Positions 8,411 to 17,959 of a stretch of DNA of 52,029 nucleotides are shown piece after piece. The notes below the pieces were generated by a model. The model was not told the DNA's origin and ran no database searches. It saw nothing but the letters and a program-made list of their open reading frames with translations. Made by a program: the position numbers and the translations under genes. Location: positions 1 to 52,029 of IMG/VR virus record IMGVR_UViG_3300031953_000021. One strand, 5' to 3'. The first letter of the stretch is position 1, and each line of letters begins with the position of its first letter. The DNA is from a virus (taxonomy: Duplodnaviria; Caudoviricetes).

Positions 8411-10657
8411 ATGGCCGATTTCTATACGACGTTCTCGGGCAATAGCCAGTACCGTCATCATTGTCAGGTCTTGCAGGGTGGGCAAAATGCTGCTGGCAAT
8501 TACAGCTATGTCTCGGTCAATTCTTGGGTAGAGAAAACATCCGGCTCTGGCTATATGACAAGCAACTCCGGCAACACTTGTAGCGTCTCGGGTGACGTTG
8601 CTTTCGGTGGCGGGGCATGGGCTCCGTACAACTTTGCGAGCTATTCGTCGCGGCAGATTTTGTCTGGTGGCGGCAACGTCGCGCACGCCAGCAACGGTAC
8701 GAAGGTTGCTTCGGGAGGCTATGCAGCTAATGACTCTGCTGGTGGAAACTTCGGTTCCGCTAACGGCTCGTGGTCGCTTGGTCTGACGACGATCGTGAAC
8801 ACTCCGGCGACCCCGACTTCGGTGGGGTGCAGCTACGTTTCCGATACTCAGGTTTCGGTGAGTTGGTCGCGTCCGACGGTGACGAACAATGCTCCGAACA
8901 CGAGCCAGATTCGCAAGTCGGTCAATGGTGCGACTGCGGTGGAGTTGGCACCTATCTCGGTGACGACATCGGTGACGATTTCTGCTGAGGCGAACCAGAA
9001 AATCATCACAGCGGTTCGTGAGGCTAATGCGGCGGGGACTTCGGCGTGGTCGGCGAACTCTTTGGCCGTATACACCACTCCGGCGGCACCTACGGCTCTC
9101 ACAGCGACGAAAGATGCTTCGCTGGATATAAACCTCGCGTTCACCTCGAATGTGGGCTTCACGGAGTACCAGCACGTCATTGAGCACGGCACCGTTGTTG
9201 GTGGAGTCACGACGTGGGATGGTAGCGAGCTTGCGACAGTGCTCTCTGGCGTCACGACTTACAAGCACGTTGCCCCCAATGCGGCACAGCTTCATGTGTA
9301 CCGGGTGTTCGCCCGGAACCTCGACGCGGGCGCACTGTCGTCGGCAAAGCTGACCTCGAACACCGTTCAATTGTTGGCCCCGCCGAACAAGCCAACGTTC
9401 CCGTCGTTGGGTCCGTTTGTTGACAAGGCAAAGGACTTCACGCCCACGTGGGTTCACAACCCGGTGGACACAACGGCGCAGACAGCATACGAGTTTGGCT
9501 ACTCGACCAACGGTGGCGCGGCATGGTCCTCGACAGGGAAGGTCACGTCGAGCACTCCGGCTAAGACGTTCGCTGCCTCGACTTATGCGGCTGATGTTGC
9601 GCTGACTGTTCGCGTTCGGACGTGGGGCCAAGCAGCGACCGGCGGCTCTGACGGCACCGGTGCTTCGCCGTGGTCGGACCAGACAACGGTGACGTTCAAG
9701 ACTCGCCCGGTAGTGACGATCACCGGGCCTCTTGACGCGAGCACTTATGAGCGGGCTGCGCTGACGGTCAATCTTGGCTTCTCGCAGGCGGAGGCGGCAA
9801 CGTTCGTCAATGCGACGATCAAGCTGTACGACGGTGTTGGAGCTCTCCTCGAAACACGGGTGTCGACAACTCGGGCAGCGACGTTGTTGGACACTGCGGT
9901 GGACAACGGTTCGTCGTACACGATCAAAGTCACGGTCATCGACTCGAATGGTCTTGTTTCGGATGAAGTGGAGTCGGACTTCGCGGTCGTCTACACACTC
10001 CCCGTCGCGGCAGCAGTCACGGCAACGTACCTGCCCAATTCGGGCATCGGCCAGCTTGACATCACGGTTGGTAGCCCCGGCGTTGGGGAAGTTGCCGCAG
10101 CGTTGGTCACGATCACGCGCACGATCAATGGCGTGGTTGAGACGATCCTGTATGAGTACCCGTCGTCGCCGACGTTGACGATCCTCGACATGACGCCAAC
10201 GATTGTTGGCACGAACGAGTACCGGGTCACGACTATCTCTGAGGACGGGGCCACGGCCACGACGCTTGTGCTGATGGTGACGGCGGAAACGAAGTGGGCT
10301 TTCTTGTCCTCGGGCGCTGGGTATGCGAACATCATCAGCTTTGGTGCGGCGCTGACGTTGGGCTCAACTCCGACTCGATCATCGACGTTGGTGGAAGCGT
10401 CTGGTCGGAGACGGCCGATTGCTTTGTTCGGGACTTCTGGAACGTTGGAGGTATCGGGAACGACGATGTTGTTCGCGAAGTCGAGTCAGCACGGGTCGAG
10501 TCCTGCTGAGGTCGAAGAGTTCGTGCTGTCGGCAGGGATTGTCTGCTACCGCGATCCGTCTGGACGGCGCATGTTCGGGAAGGTGTCGGGAACTGTCGCT
10601 AGTTCCAACTCGAAGCAGAGCACGTTCGCATACATGATTCAAGAGACAAGCCGATGA
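8411..10657 (+). CDS. Minor tail protein with FN3/Ig-like beta repeats
   Basis: 748 aa Thr/Ser/Val-rich; TPAAPTALTA, WVHNPVDTTAQTAYE, SPWS motifs. Confidence 0.8.
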   Translation: MADFYTTFSGNSQYRHHCQVLQGGQNAAGNYSYVSVNSWVEKTSGSGYMTSNSGNTCSVSGDVAFGGGAWAPYNFASYSSRQILSGGGNVAHASNGTKVASGGYAANDSAGGNFGSANGSWSLGLTTIVNTPATPTSVGCSYVSDTQVSVSWSRPTVTNNAPNTSQIRKSVNGATAVELAPISVTTSVTISAEANQKIITAVREANAAGTSAWSANSLAVYTTPAAPTALTATKDASLDINLAFTSNVGFTEYQHVIEHGTVVGGVTTWDGSELATVLSGVTTYKHVAPNAAQLHVYRVFARNLDAGALSSAKLTSNTVQLLAPPNKPTFPSLGPFVDKAKDFTPTWVHNPVDTTAQTAYEFGYSTNGGAAWSSTGKVTSSTPAKTFAASTYAADVALTVRVRTWGQAATGGSDGTGASPWSDQTTVTFKTRPVVTITGPLDASTYERAALTVNLGFSQAEAATFVNATIKLYDGVGALLETRVSTTRAATLLDTAVDNGSSYTIKVTVIDSNGLVSDEVESDFAVVYTLPVAAAVTATYLPNSGIGQLDITVGSPGVGEVAAALVTITRTINGVVETILYEYPSSPTLTILDMTPTIVGTNEYRVTTISEDGATATTLVLMVTAETKWAFLSSGAGYANIISFGAALTLGSTPTRSSTLVEASGRRRPIALFGTSGTLEVSGTTMLFAKSSQHGSSPAEVEEFVLSAGIVCYRDPSGRRMFGKVSGTVASSNSKQSTFAYMIQETSR

Positions 10658-11838
10658 CTGTTGAGGTGCCGTCAGGGTTTGTACCCGTCAAGGTCTTGAC
10701 TACTGACGAAGTGCTGTACGGAAACCGCACGACATCGTGGCGCTGGGAAGTCCTCGAACACGTGGGCAGCGTTGACTCGCTGATTGGCTATCTGGACGGG
10801 GTTGTTGTTGGTTCGGCGACTCTCGCAGAGTTGTTGTATGCCTCGGTCAAGGGTCGTGGTGGTTTGCGGATTGCCGACCTCGAAGTGGCACAAGCTGGGA
10901 TGTTGCGGATACGCGATCTTGCTCTCTCCTCGATCCGGTTGCGCCCGGTGCAGGTCATCGAAGGGTTGCCGGAAATTGAGTGGGGGCTGTACCTGATTAG
11001 TGCTGCGCCGGAAGAGTGGTCGGATACTGGTCGTGTCTTGACAGTGGAGATACTCGACAAAGCGACAGTGCTTGCACAGGATGAAATTTCGGAGACGTAC
11101 TCGGTCGATACGTCGACGCCGATTCTGGCGGCGGTGGCAGCGGTGGTTGCTTCTTCGGGGGAGTCGATTGAAGTCGATGCTGAGGTCACGAACACTCTGT
11201 CCTCTCCGATGGTGTGGCCTGCCGGGACTTCCAAGCTGACGATCGTGAACGAGTTGCTGGCGGCGCTAAATTACAACTCTTTGCGAGTCGATCGCAACGG
11301 CAGCTTCCGGGCGACTCCGTATGAGCTTCCAGTGGATCGCTCGCTGAAGTATGAATTGTTGAATGTGCTGCGCGAGTTGGTTGACGGCGAGAAGTCGATC
11401 TATGGCAAGGCGTGGACACGCGATCAAGACTTGTACGGCGTGCCGAATAAGGTCATCGCGGTGCAGTCTGCAACAGGTGATGCTGAGGCGTTGGTTGGCG
11501 AGTACACGAACACTGATCCGGACTCTCCGTTCTCTTACCCGTCGCGTGGCCGGTGGATTACGCGCACGTTGGATGGGGTGGAGACGCCGGACGGAACCGA
11601 ACTCGAGGTTGTGGCGTTCTTGGAGGACAAGGCCCGTCGAGCGCTGATTGCGGCATCGTCGCCACAGGCCACGGTGGAGGTGTCGTGCTTGCCGATCCCG
11701 GTGCGTTCTGGGGATGTTGTGCGGTTCAAGAATGTTCCTGCTGGGATTGATGCTCGGCATGTTATTACGTCGATTGACTTGGGCGCTTTCCCGTTGGGCG
11801 TGATGAAGTTGAAGCTGACTGAAATGGTGGTGCTGTAG
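10654..11838 (+). CDS. Minor tail protein (hub/Tal-like)
   Basis: 394 aa; synteny; DPDSPFSYPSRGRWI motif seen in actinophage minor tails. Confidence 0.75.
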   Translation: MTVEVPSGFVPVKVLTTDEVLYGNRTTSWRWEVLEHVGSVDSLIGYLDGVVVGSATLAELLYASVKGRGGLRIADLEVAQAGMLRIRDLALSSIRLRPVQVIEGLPEIEWGLYLISAAPEEWSDTGRVLTVEILDKATVLAQDEISETYSVDTSTPILAAVAAVVASSGESIEVDAEVTNTLSSPMVWPAGTSKLTIVNELLAALNYNSLRVDRNGSFRATPYELPVDRSLKYELLNVLRELVDGEKSIYGKAWTRDQDLYGVPNKVIAVQSATGDAEALVGEYTNTDPDSPFSYPSRGRWITRTLDGVETPDGTELEVVAFLEDKARRALIAASSPQATVEVSCLPIPVRSGDVVRFKNVPAGIDARHVITSIDLGAFPLGVMKLKLTEMVVL

Positions 11839-12488
11839 TGGCTTTCATGTGGGGAACAGTCACAGGGGTGAGCCCGTTGCGGGTGCGACTCGATGGAGAT
11901 ACTTCCGCGGTTCCAGTGACACCGGACTCGTTGGTTGATCCGTTGACGTTGGTAGCTGATGACCGGGTTCGGGTGGAGCTCTCGAACAATCGTCTGGTAG
12001 TGCTGGGCAAATCGGGCGGCGCTGGTGTTCCCTCGGGCGCGAGCATGGACTTTGCTGGTTCTGTCGAACCCGCTGGTTGGTTCTTTGAGGACGGGCGTTC
12101 GTTGCTTCGCTCGGCATATCCGAGTCTTTACGCTGCTATAGGAACGACTTACGGGGCAGCCGACGTTGACCACTTCAACATTCCCAACCAGAAGGGTCGA
12201 GTTTCCGTGACGCGCGACCCGGCCCAGACCGAGTTCGACACGCTCGGCGAAACCGGCGGCGAGAAAAAACACCAGCTAACCATTGGTGAACTTGCTTCGC
12301 ACAGACACAACAACCCGATTGCCGTTGTCTATAACGGTAACGCGAGCGCAAACCGTTCTAGTTTCGCCACGAACAGCCCGTTTTGGAGTATGGCCGACCC
12401 GAACAACGCAAGCGCGGCAACAGGTGGCGACGAACCGCACAACAACCTCCAGCCGTACATTGTTCTAAATACCATCATCAAAATCTAG
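11838..12488 (+). CDS. Tail fibre/spike protein with tail-collar domain
   Basis: PSGASMDFAG..PAGW..DGRSLLRSAYPSLYAAIGTTYG..FNIPN; GGDEPHNNLQPYIVLNTIIKI. Confidence 0.85.
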   Translation: MAFMWGTVTGVSPLRVRLDGDTSAVPVTPDSLVDPLTLVADDRVRVELSNNRLVVLGKSGGAGVPSGASMDFAGSVEPAGWFFEDGRSLLRSAYPSLYAAIGTTYGAADVDHFNIPNQKGRVSVTRDPAQTEFDTLGETGGEKKHQLTIGELASHRHNNPIAVVYNGNASANRSSFATNSPFWSMADPNNASAATGGDEPHNNLQPYIVLNTIIKI

Positions 12489-12496
12489 GGGGAATC

Positions 12497-12802
12497 ATGG
12501 CAGACACAACAGCACAACACATGGCAGCACGCGACGACGAAGACCTCACCGCGCGGCTTGTCGCGGTCGCTGAGCAAGCGAGCATCCCGAACCCGGCGAG
12601 TTTCGTCAAGTCGAACATCGGGCGTTTAGTCTCGACAGAAATCGACACAGCAACAACGCTTACGTCGGTACATGCTTACGCCACGGGACAATATGAAATC
12701 GCGGTCGCAGCACTTCCACCCCGGCCGGGAGTGAACCCGGCTGCGGTCACAGATACCCAACTCGCGGCGGCAGTTCAAGCTGTGTGGGAACCCAACCCGT
12801 AG
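12497..12802 (+). CDS. Hypothetical tail-associated protein
   Basis: GGGGG RBS; PPRPGVNPAAVTDTQL motif. Confidence 0.65.
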   Translation: MADTTAQHMAARDDEDLTARLVAVAEQASIPNPASFVKSNIGRLVSTEIDTATTLTSVHAYATGQYEIAVAALPPRPGVNPAAVTDTQLAAAVQAVWEPNP

Positions 12803-12844
12803 TCATTTCCCAAGAAAATCAGGCTTGAGTCGTAAGATACCTGC

Positions 12845-12913
12845 ATGAGCAATCCAGACGAAGATATTCCAGACTATGGCTCGACCCCCGGCGGAAACGG
12901 CGGTGGGAAGTGA
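12845..12913 (+). CDS. Putative 22-aa leaderless peptide coupled to the endolysin (MSNPDEDIPDYGSTPGGNGGGK)
   Basis: TAAGAT-N6-ATG; its TGA overlaps the lysin GTG (GTGA). Confidence 0.45.
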   Translation: MSNPDEDIPDYGSTPGGNGGGK

Positions 12914-14409
12914 ACGGCTTAGAACTCACCGAGAAGGCTCTTGACCTGTGGAACGACATCCACCCCGGAGAGTCTTTGTACTTGCAGTGCCAGCGCATGA
13001 GTTGGTACTTCCAGTGGGCCTATCAAGGTGACGAGAACATCGTCACTTATGGCACTGCGCTGAAGGCTGCGAAAGCCTCGAAGATGTTCACCACGAAGGT
13101 GAACGATCCGTCGATCAAGGCTGGCGACGAGTTGTTTTGGGACGTCGGAACCGATGGAGACGTTGCCACTTGTGTTGGCCGATCTTCGACGGGGCGGGTG
13201 CTTGTTGCTGCTACTGCGAAGTCAGGCGACACCGTGAAGAGCCTGAGTAATCATGTTGTGATTCGTCATGCTGATACTCAGCCTTGGCCGTTCCTTGGGG
13301 CATCGCGGGCGAACGGTAAGAACAAGCCAAAGTCGGGCATTGTTGACTGGCCGGTTGCTGAGTTGGAAGGGCACCAGCGTCGGGTTGCTCTCGACATCCC
13401 GGCGAATGGTCGGTTGGATGCGACCAAAGCTTCCGCAGTCGTCAACTCGATTGCTGGTCTGGACTTTGGCAACTTCGACGGCTGGAAGCGGGGCGAGTCG
13501 ATTGACGGAAACAACGTATGGTTCCGTGGTGCCTACTCTGGGAACTTCTGGTGGTCGGGCAGTTTCACCGATACCGGCACGCATGATCTTGCTGACCTGA
13601 ACGAAGCGACGATCCCGGCGGGCGAGGTGGGTGTGCCTGTTGTGGAGCTCCCGCCTGCACGCGATCCCGATATGGTTCAGCCGACTGCGGCGGACTTCCC
13701 GTCGTGGATCAAGTTCGACGTCAAGCGGAACGTTCACGATAACCGTTCGGCGATCAACGCTGAGGCCCGCGCATATTACTCGGGCAAGGGTCAGGATGAT
13801 GACTACTACCCGGTGAAGCAGATCGCTCACTGGTGGGGCTCACCTGATGCTGGGTACACGCATGACGGTGTGGTTGGCACGCTGACCGGGAAAGCCGACT
13901 ACTCGGTGCACTTTGTTGTGTCCGGTGGCCGGATCACTGAAGTTCAGCCGTTGGAGCTTGTGGCGTACACCACGGGCTCGGCGTCGATGCAGTCGTGGTC
14001 GACGGAGAATGATCCGCTGCTCACTGACCTCGGATACCGCACTCTGGGCTTCCTGACGTACTTGATGGAGAAGTTGAACCCTCGACTAAAGGGTCAGGCA
14101 ATCGGTCGCCACAATGAGGCACTGAACGTCTCGACGGGCAAGACGTTCCAGACGTCGTGCTCCGACATCGACACGTCGCTGGTTCGCGAGTATGCGGATA
14201 TGTTCGCGCTTGGTGTGCTGGACCCGACGACGGGTGTGGCGCCGGTCGTTGACTCGACGGGGCCGAATCCGACGACGCCGACAGCGCCGACAGTGCCGGC
14301 AGAGCCGACGACGCCTAGTACGTCGCTCTCGATCAAGGGTCTGATCGCTTCGGCTATCGCGATCCTCGGTGCGCTGCTTGCGGCTCTCTTGGATAACGGC
14401 TGGTCGTAG
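12910..14409 (+). CDS. Endolysin: CHAP-like N-domain, cell-wall-binding repeat, amidase_2 domain, Pro/Thr linker, C-terminal hydrophobic helix
   Basis: QCQR..FWDVGTDGDVA; GWKRGESIDGNNVWF..WSGSFTD; IAHWWG..SVHFVV..GRH..TSC. Confidence 0.85.
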   Translation: MNGLELTEKALDLWNDIHPGESLYLQCQRMSWYFQWAYQGDENIVTYGTALKAAKASKMFTTKVNDPSIKAGDELFWDVGTDGDVATCVGRSSTGRVLVAATAKSGDTVKSLSNHVVIRHADTQPWPFLGASRANGKNKPKSGIVDWPVAELEGHQRRVALDIPANGRLDATKASAVVNSIAGLDFGNFDGWKRGESIDGNNVWFRGAYSGNFWWSGSFTDTGTHDLADLNEATIPAGEVGVPVVELPPARDPDMVQPTAADFPSWIKFDVKRNVHDNRSAINAEARAYYSGKGQDDDYYPVKQIAHWWGSPDAGYTHDGVVGTLTGKADYSVHFVVSGGRITEVQPLELVAYTTGSASMQSWSTENDPLLTDLGYRTLGFLTYLMEKLNPRLKGQAIGRHNEALNVSTGKTFQTSCSDIDTSLVREYADMFALGVLDPTTGVAPVVDSTGPNPTTPTAPTVPAEPTTPSTSLSIKGLIASAIAILGALLAALLDNGWS

Positions 14410-14411
14410 CG

Positions 14412-15005
14412 ATGACTCGCGTTTGCGATCTTGACCCTGCGCTAGAGGCTTCCTTTGTTCGGAAGTCTCTGATCCGTCCTGCACGGAAAAAGCCACTGCT
14501 GCTAAAGCGGTGGGAGGCCGAAGCGACGATGGAGCAGTCGTGGTTTATTCGGTGGGCGCGGAGTCAGGTTGCAGCGTATCGACTGGGCATGGTGCTGATG
14601 TACCTTGCGATTATCTACTTCGGCGGGACGTCGTTCTCCTTTGGCGTTCCGTTGTGGGAGATTGCGGCACCGGCAGGGTGGTCAAAGCTTTGGTCTGCTG
14701 TTGTGATGATCGGTGGGATGATTGCGGCGGTCGGCGCGACTCGGGCAGGCCACGAACCGTTGACTCAGACGATCCGGATTTTCAATCGTGTGGAGTTGGT
14801 CGGAGCGATCATGTTGTTCTTGGCCTTGTCCTCGTACTCGGGCTCACTGCTTTACTACGGCTATTTTCTCTCCGATGATGCTCGTGCCACTGTGGGCTCG
14901 GGCTTCCTTGCGTTGGGCATCCACCCGGCAACGCGCATGGCTTGGCTGCTTCTGTATCCGTTCAAGAAGGTCAAGAATCCGCCGGGAGGCTCCACGAATG
15001 TCTGA
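14412..15005 (+). CDS. Multi-pass membrane protein of the lysis cassette (start uncertain)
   Basis: About 4 hydrophobic segments; follows endolysin. Confidence 0.7.
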   Translation: MTRVCDLDPALEASFVRKSLIRPARKKPLLLKRWEAEATMEQSWFIRWARSQVAAYRLGMVLMYLAIIYFGGTSFSFGVPLWEIAAPAGWSKLWSAVVMIGGMIAAVGATRAGHEPLTQTIRIFNRVELVGAIMLFLALSSYSGSLLYYGYFLSDDARATVGSGFLALGIHPATRMAWLLLYPFKKVKNPPGGSTNV

Positions 15006-15354
15006 TCCAACGTTGGCCCCGATCGCCACTGGAATTGCGTCTGTGATCGTAGCCGCGTTGGGAGCGACGGGGTTGATTATCCGCCGTCGGCAGGATGCTC
15101 GTGATGCGAAGTCTGCCGCAAAAACGAGCAAAGAGATTACCGAGAAGGATGGTTACGCTGAGGTGCGTTTAGCTCGGGCTGAAGCCTCCCGTTACTACAC
15201 GTTGTATCGGGAGTTCCAAGAGGTCTATTTCGTGACGATGACGGCACTTCGGCATTTGGTCCGGAAGTTGCATGAGTCTGATCCGGAGTTTGATCTGCCT
15301 CAAGAAATTGTGGATGCTCTCGAATTGAAAGCGCCCGATGATGACGACAAGTAG
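14998..15354 (+). CDS. Single-TM plus coiled-coil membrane protein (lysis cassette)
   Basis: GGAGG RBS; N-terminal TM IATGIASVIVAALGATGLII. Confidence 0.7.
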   Translation: MSDPTLAPIATGIASVIVAALGATGLIIRRRQDARDAKSAAKTSKEITEKDGYAEVRLARAEASRYYTLYREFQEVYFVTMTALRHLVRKLHESDPEFDLPQEIVDALELKAPDDDDK

Positions 15355-15382
15355 TCGTCTTGACAGAAAGTAGGTGTTTGAT

Positions 15383-15766
15383 ATGGACGCTGGAATCCCA
15401 GTGTTTGATTTTGCTAGTCCGTGGGTTGCAATCATCCAGATTGTGCTCTTCTATGTTCTGCCTCGTGTGGTGGGGCTTGTCTCCGATGTGAATGCTTCAG
15501 CGCTTGCTAAGGGTCTGTTCCTCGGTGCGTTGTCGGTGCTTGCTTCGGCTCTGACGTTCTTGCTCGATGTGGCCGTTGCTGATGCGTGGGCGGCTCTTGA
15601 CTGGACGGCGTTTATCAACGTTGTGGTCAATGCTGCGATTACGTGGGTGTTGGCTCAGCAGGTGTTTGATCGGATCATCAAGCCGTCGGGTCAGGCTGCT
15701 TCTGACTCTGCTCACGGTGTATCGTTGATTCCGGCTGCTGCTCCTGTGACGGGGGTTTCAGAGTAG
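15383..15766 (+). CDS. Holin-like membrane protein
   Basis: 3 hydrophobic segments; LPRVVGLV..A.AKGLFLGALS pattern of actinophage holins; last gene before terminator. Confidence 0.65.
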   Translation: MDAGIPVFDFASPWVAIIQIVLFYVLPRVVGLVSDVNASALAKGLFLGALSVLASALTFLLDVAVADAWAALDWTAFINVVVNAAITWVLAQQVFDRIIKPSGQAASDSAHGVSLIPAAAPVTGVSE

Positions 15767-15784
15767 GAGCCTCTTCGGATGGTT

Positions 15785-15825
15785 CGGCCCTTGGCTTTCG
15801 GGTAGCCAAGGGCCGTTCTGCGTTT
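15785..15825 (+). terminator. Terminator ending the late/lysis operon
   Basis: 12-bp stem CGGCCCTTGGCT/AGCCAAGGGCCG then TTCTGCGTTT. Confidence 0.75.
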
Positions 15826-15830
15826 CGGGA

Positions 15831-15906
15831 GTCTAATCTGCTTGACATCATGTGGGACGCTGGCTAAAGTTGAATCATCCGATACAACCACTGGAAAGGT
15901 TCCACT
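15831..15906 (+). promoter_or_regulatory. Promoter/operator/RBS cassette A
   Basis: GTCTAATCTGC-TTGACA-N17-TAAAGT-TGAATCATCCGATAC..CTGGAAAGG. Confidence 0.9.
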
Positions 15907-16362
15907 ATGAACGCCACCGACACTCCCCGCTTCTCGAAGGTGATCTTCGCTGAAGGTCGCACCACTCGTATCTCGGCTCAGACAGCCAGCCGCGACTTCA
16001 CTGCGAAGATCGTTCCCGGCGAATACGTTCTCGAATATCTGAACGGTCGTCAGTACCCCTTGCAAGACGGCCAGTTCCCCTACTACGTTCAGGCGCGAGT
16101 GCAGATCGAGTGCCCGGAGCGCGTCGAGTCGACCGTCGAATTTGGCGGCGTCTGCCTCGGTGCGGAAGTTGTCCCCGCGAGGACTCAGGATCACACGATG
16201 CGTTGGTACGCGCACGAGGTCGAGAACGAAGGCCGCGACGAGCGCCTACAAGGTGCGTTCACTCGTTGCTGCGACGGCACCGGCTGGACTGGGAACCCCC
16301 GCGAGCGTTGCGCCGACCACTATGACATCCCGTCGTACGACTTCGAGGAGGTGTCCGCGTGA
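15907..16362 (+). CDS. Hypothetical protein
   Basis: Directly behind cassette A RBS. Confidence 0.7.
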   Translation: MNATDTPRFSKVIFAEGRTTRISAQTASRDFTAKIVPGEYVLEYLNGRQYPLQDGQFPYYVQARVQIECPERVESTVEFGGVCLGAEVVPARTQDHTMRWYAHEVENEGRDERLQGAFTRCCDGTGWTGNPRERCADHYDIPSYDFEEVSA

Positions 16363-16649
16363 GCGACATCACGAGTTACGAGACGATCCCTGAAGGTTGG
16401 GAGCACGAGGTCGCGGAACCTGACGTCGGCATCATGGCTGACGCGATGACGCACCTCCCTTGTCTTGACTCGAAGCACGAGGGTGCCTGTGATGTGACCG
16501 GGGGCGAAGCTGGCGATCGGTTGCCTCGCGGGATGCAGAAGTTCTCGGAAGTCTGGACTTGCCGCGACTGTGGAACCGCTGAGACGTTCCACACTGAGGT
16601 GTTTACTGCTTGGGACGAACCTGATTATGACAAGGACGTGGAACTGTGA
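16359..16649 (+). CDS. Hypothetical protein (CxxC)
   Basis: GGAGG RBS; GTGA coupling. Confidence 0.65.
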   Translation: MSDITSYETIPEGWEHEVAEPDVGIMADAMTHLPCLDSKHEGACDVTGGEAGDRLPRGMQKFSEVWTCRDCGTAETFHTEVFTAWDEPDYDKDVEL

Positions 16650-16825
16650 ACGTCAAGCAAGGTAGACTGCAAGAAGTAGCTGGTTTGGCCCTCGTTGGGG
16701 TCGGATTGGTTGTTCTGTTCCATTGGGCTCTCTTTACGGAGACGCTGCGGAACGGACAGCCGCTATTGAGCGTTTTGCTCGTGGTGGTAGGAGTTTTGAT
16801 ACATCGAAGGAGCAATAGTGGCTGA
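16646..16825 (+). CDS. Small two-TM membrane protein (59 aa)
   Basis: Read manually: MNVKQGRLQEVAGLALVGVGLVVLFHWALF..LLSVLLVVVGVLI; overlaps both neighbours. Confidence 0.5.
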   Translation: MNVKQGRLQEVAGLALVGVGLVVLFHWALFTETLRNGQPLLSVLLVVVGVLIHRRSNSG

Positions 16826-17009
16826 CAAGCACGCCGGGGTTGTGGCTCGGCTCAAGAAGTCGATCGCCAAAGTCGACGCGGCCCAGTCAGACCGGGACCG
16901 TTTGATCGTTGAGGCGGTGAAAGAGAGCGTGCCTGTGCCGCAGATCGCAGCAGCCGTTGGCCTGTCTCGGGCTCGGGTGTACCAGATCATGTCGGACCAG
17001 CCCAAATGA
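16818..17009 (+). CDS. Small HTH DNA-binding protein
   Basis: RDRLIVEA..VPVPQIAAAVGLSRARVYQI; AAGGAG RBS. Confidence 0.85.
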   Translation: MADKHAGVVARLKKSIAKVDAAQSDRDRLIVEAVKESVPVPQIAAAVGLSRARVYQIMSDQPK

Positions 17010-17854
17010 GTTGGGTAAATCCGACGAAGGGGTGGGGCAACCCGAAGTCGGTGTCGTTCGAGAAGCGGCACGTTCGGATGGTGGTTGTCGATCATCACCG
17101 GCTGAAAGTTCATCGTGTGCTCGCCCCCGTGGTGGAGCGCATTCTCCTCGACCTCGCCGCGCAAGGCTTGACGGCTCAGACTGAGGGTTGGACTGCTGGC
17201 GGTGACGGTCGAGAGTTTCGCATCGTTGTCGACGGCATGGGTCCGGATCGGACGAACGCTGCAATGCTCGCGTATGGCTTTGGGCCGTCGGGAGCGGAGA
17301 ACACGTACCGTTGGCTCGCGGAGAGCCCGCCGGAAGAGGCTGAGGCTTCGCCACAGGCTCCTGAGAGCGCGAAAGTGGTCGAAAGCTTCCCAGTACCCAC
17401 GGCAATCGTTCCGGAGGCTCTGACGGGCGACGACAGGCTTGGTTCTCGTGATCTGGCCGTTGGCGACATCGGGATCGACGTGCTGACGCTGCAAGTGTTC
17501 CTGAGCGCACCCCGCACCGGAGTTTACGATCTGGACACCGAAGCTGTCGTCAGGCGGTTCCACGAACGCAAAGGGTTCCTCTCGGATGGGTCGATGCCGC
17601 TGTCGGCACAGCGCTGGATCATCCCTGAGACAATCGAGCGTTTGCGGACAGGGGCAGCAGGGCTCACTGTCATTTTGTTGTCGGCGGCGTTGATCGCGAA
17701 GCAAGTGCTGCCGATTGATTCGGAGGTAGAGTCTCGATACACGGTCGCTCTGGCGAACATCGTTCGGGACTACCGTGAAAGCATTGGCCTGCCACGGTCA
17801 GAGGTTGTCGATTCGCCAACGTGGGCATCGTTGGTGGATCAGCCACGAAGTTAG
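17006..17854 (+). CDS. Peptidoglycan-binding-domain protein
   Basis: LAVGDIGIDVLTLQVFL..TGVYDLDTEAVVRRFH..G and a second degenerate repeat ending VVDSPTWASL. Confidence 0.65.
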   Translation: MSWVNPTKGWGNPKSVSFEKRHVRMVVVDHHRLKVHRVLAPVVERILLDLAAQGLTAQTEGWTAGGDGREFRIVVDGMGPDRTNAAMLAYGFGPSGAENTYRWLAESPPEEAEASPQAPESAKVVESFPVPTAIVPEALTGDDRLGSRDLAVGDIGIDVLTLQVFLSAPRTGVYDLDTEAVVRRFHERKGFLSDGSMPLSAQRWIIPETIERLRTGAAGLTVILLSAALIAKQVLPIDSEVESRYTVALANIVRDYRESIGLPRSEVVDSPTWASLVDQPRS

Positions 17855-17864
17855 AATGAGAGAA

Positions 17865-17893
17865 GCCCCCCGGCCTCGGCAGGCGCGGGGGGC
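17865..17893. terminator. GC-rich hairpin, possible terminator
   Basis: GCCCCCCG..CGGGGGGC; no clear T-tract on the + strand. Confidence 0.45.
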
Positions 17894-17959
17894 ATATAAG
17901 TCGATTGCGAGCGACGGTTCTAGTGTAGTGCATTAGACCGTCAGATAGGACGGTTCGGC

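Noticed and set aside
8303-9631. Long minus-strand ORFs (e.g. 8303-9631, 16763-17704, 6526-7296, 50434-51084)
   Set aside because: Antisense shadows of well-supported + strand genes in GC-rich DNA; no RBS or motifs.
12283-12488. AAC/Asn-rich 3' end of the tail-collar gene as a DGR variable region
   Set aside because: I found no template repeat and no reverse transcriptase.
16620-16667. Reverse-oriented promoter cassette at 16667 (GTCTACCTTGC-TTGACG on minus)
   Set aside because: No -10 at 17-18 nt spacing; kept only as an operator-like site.
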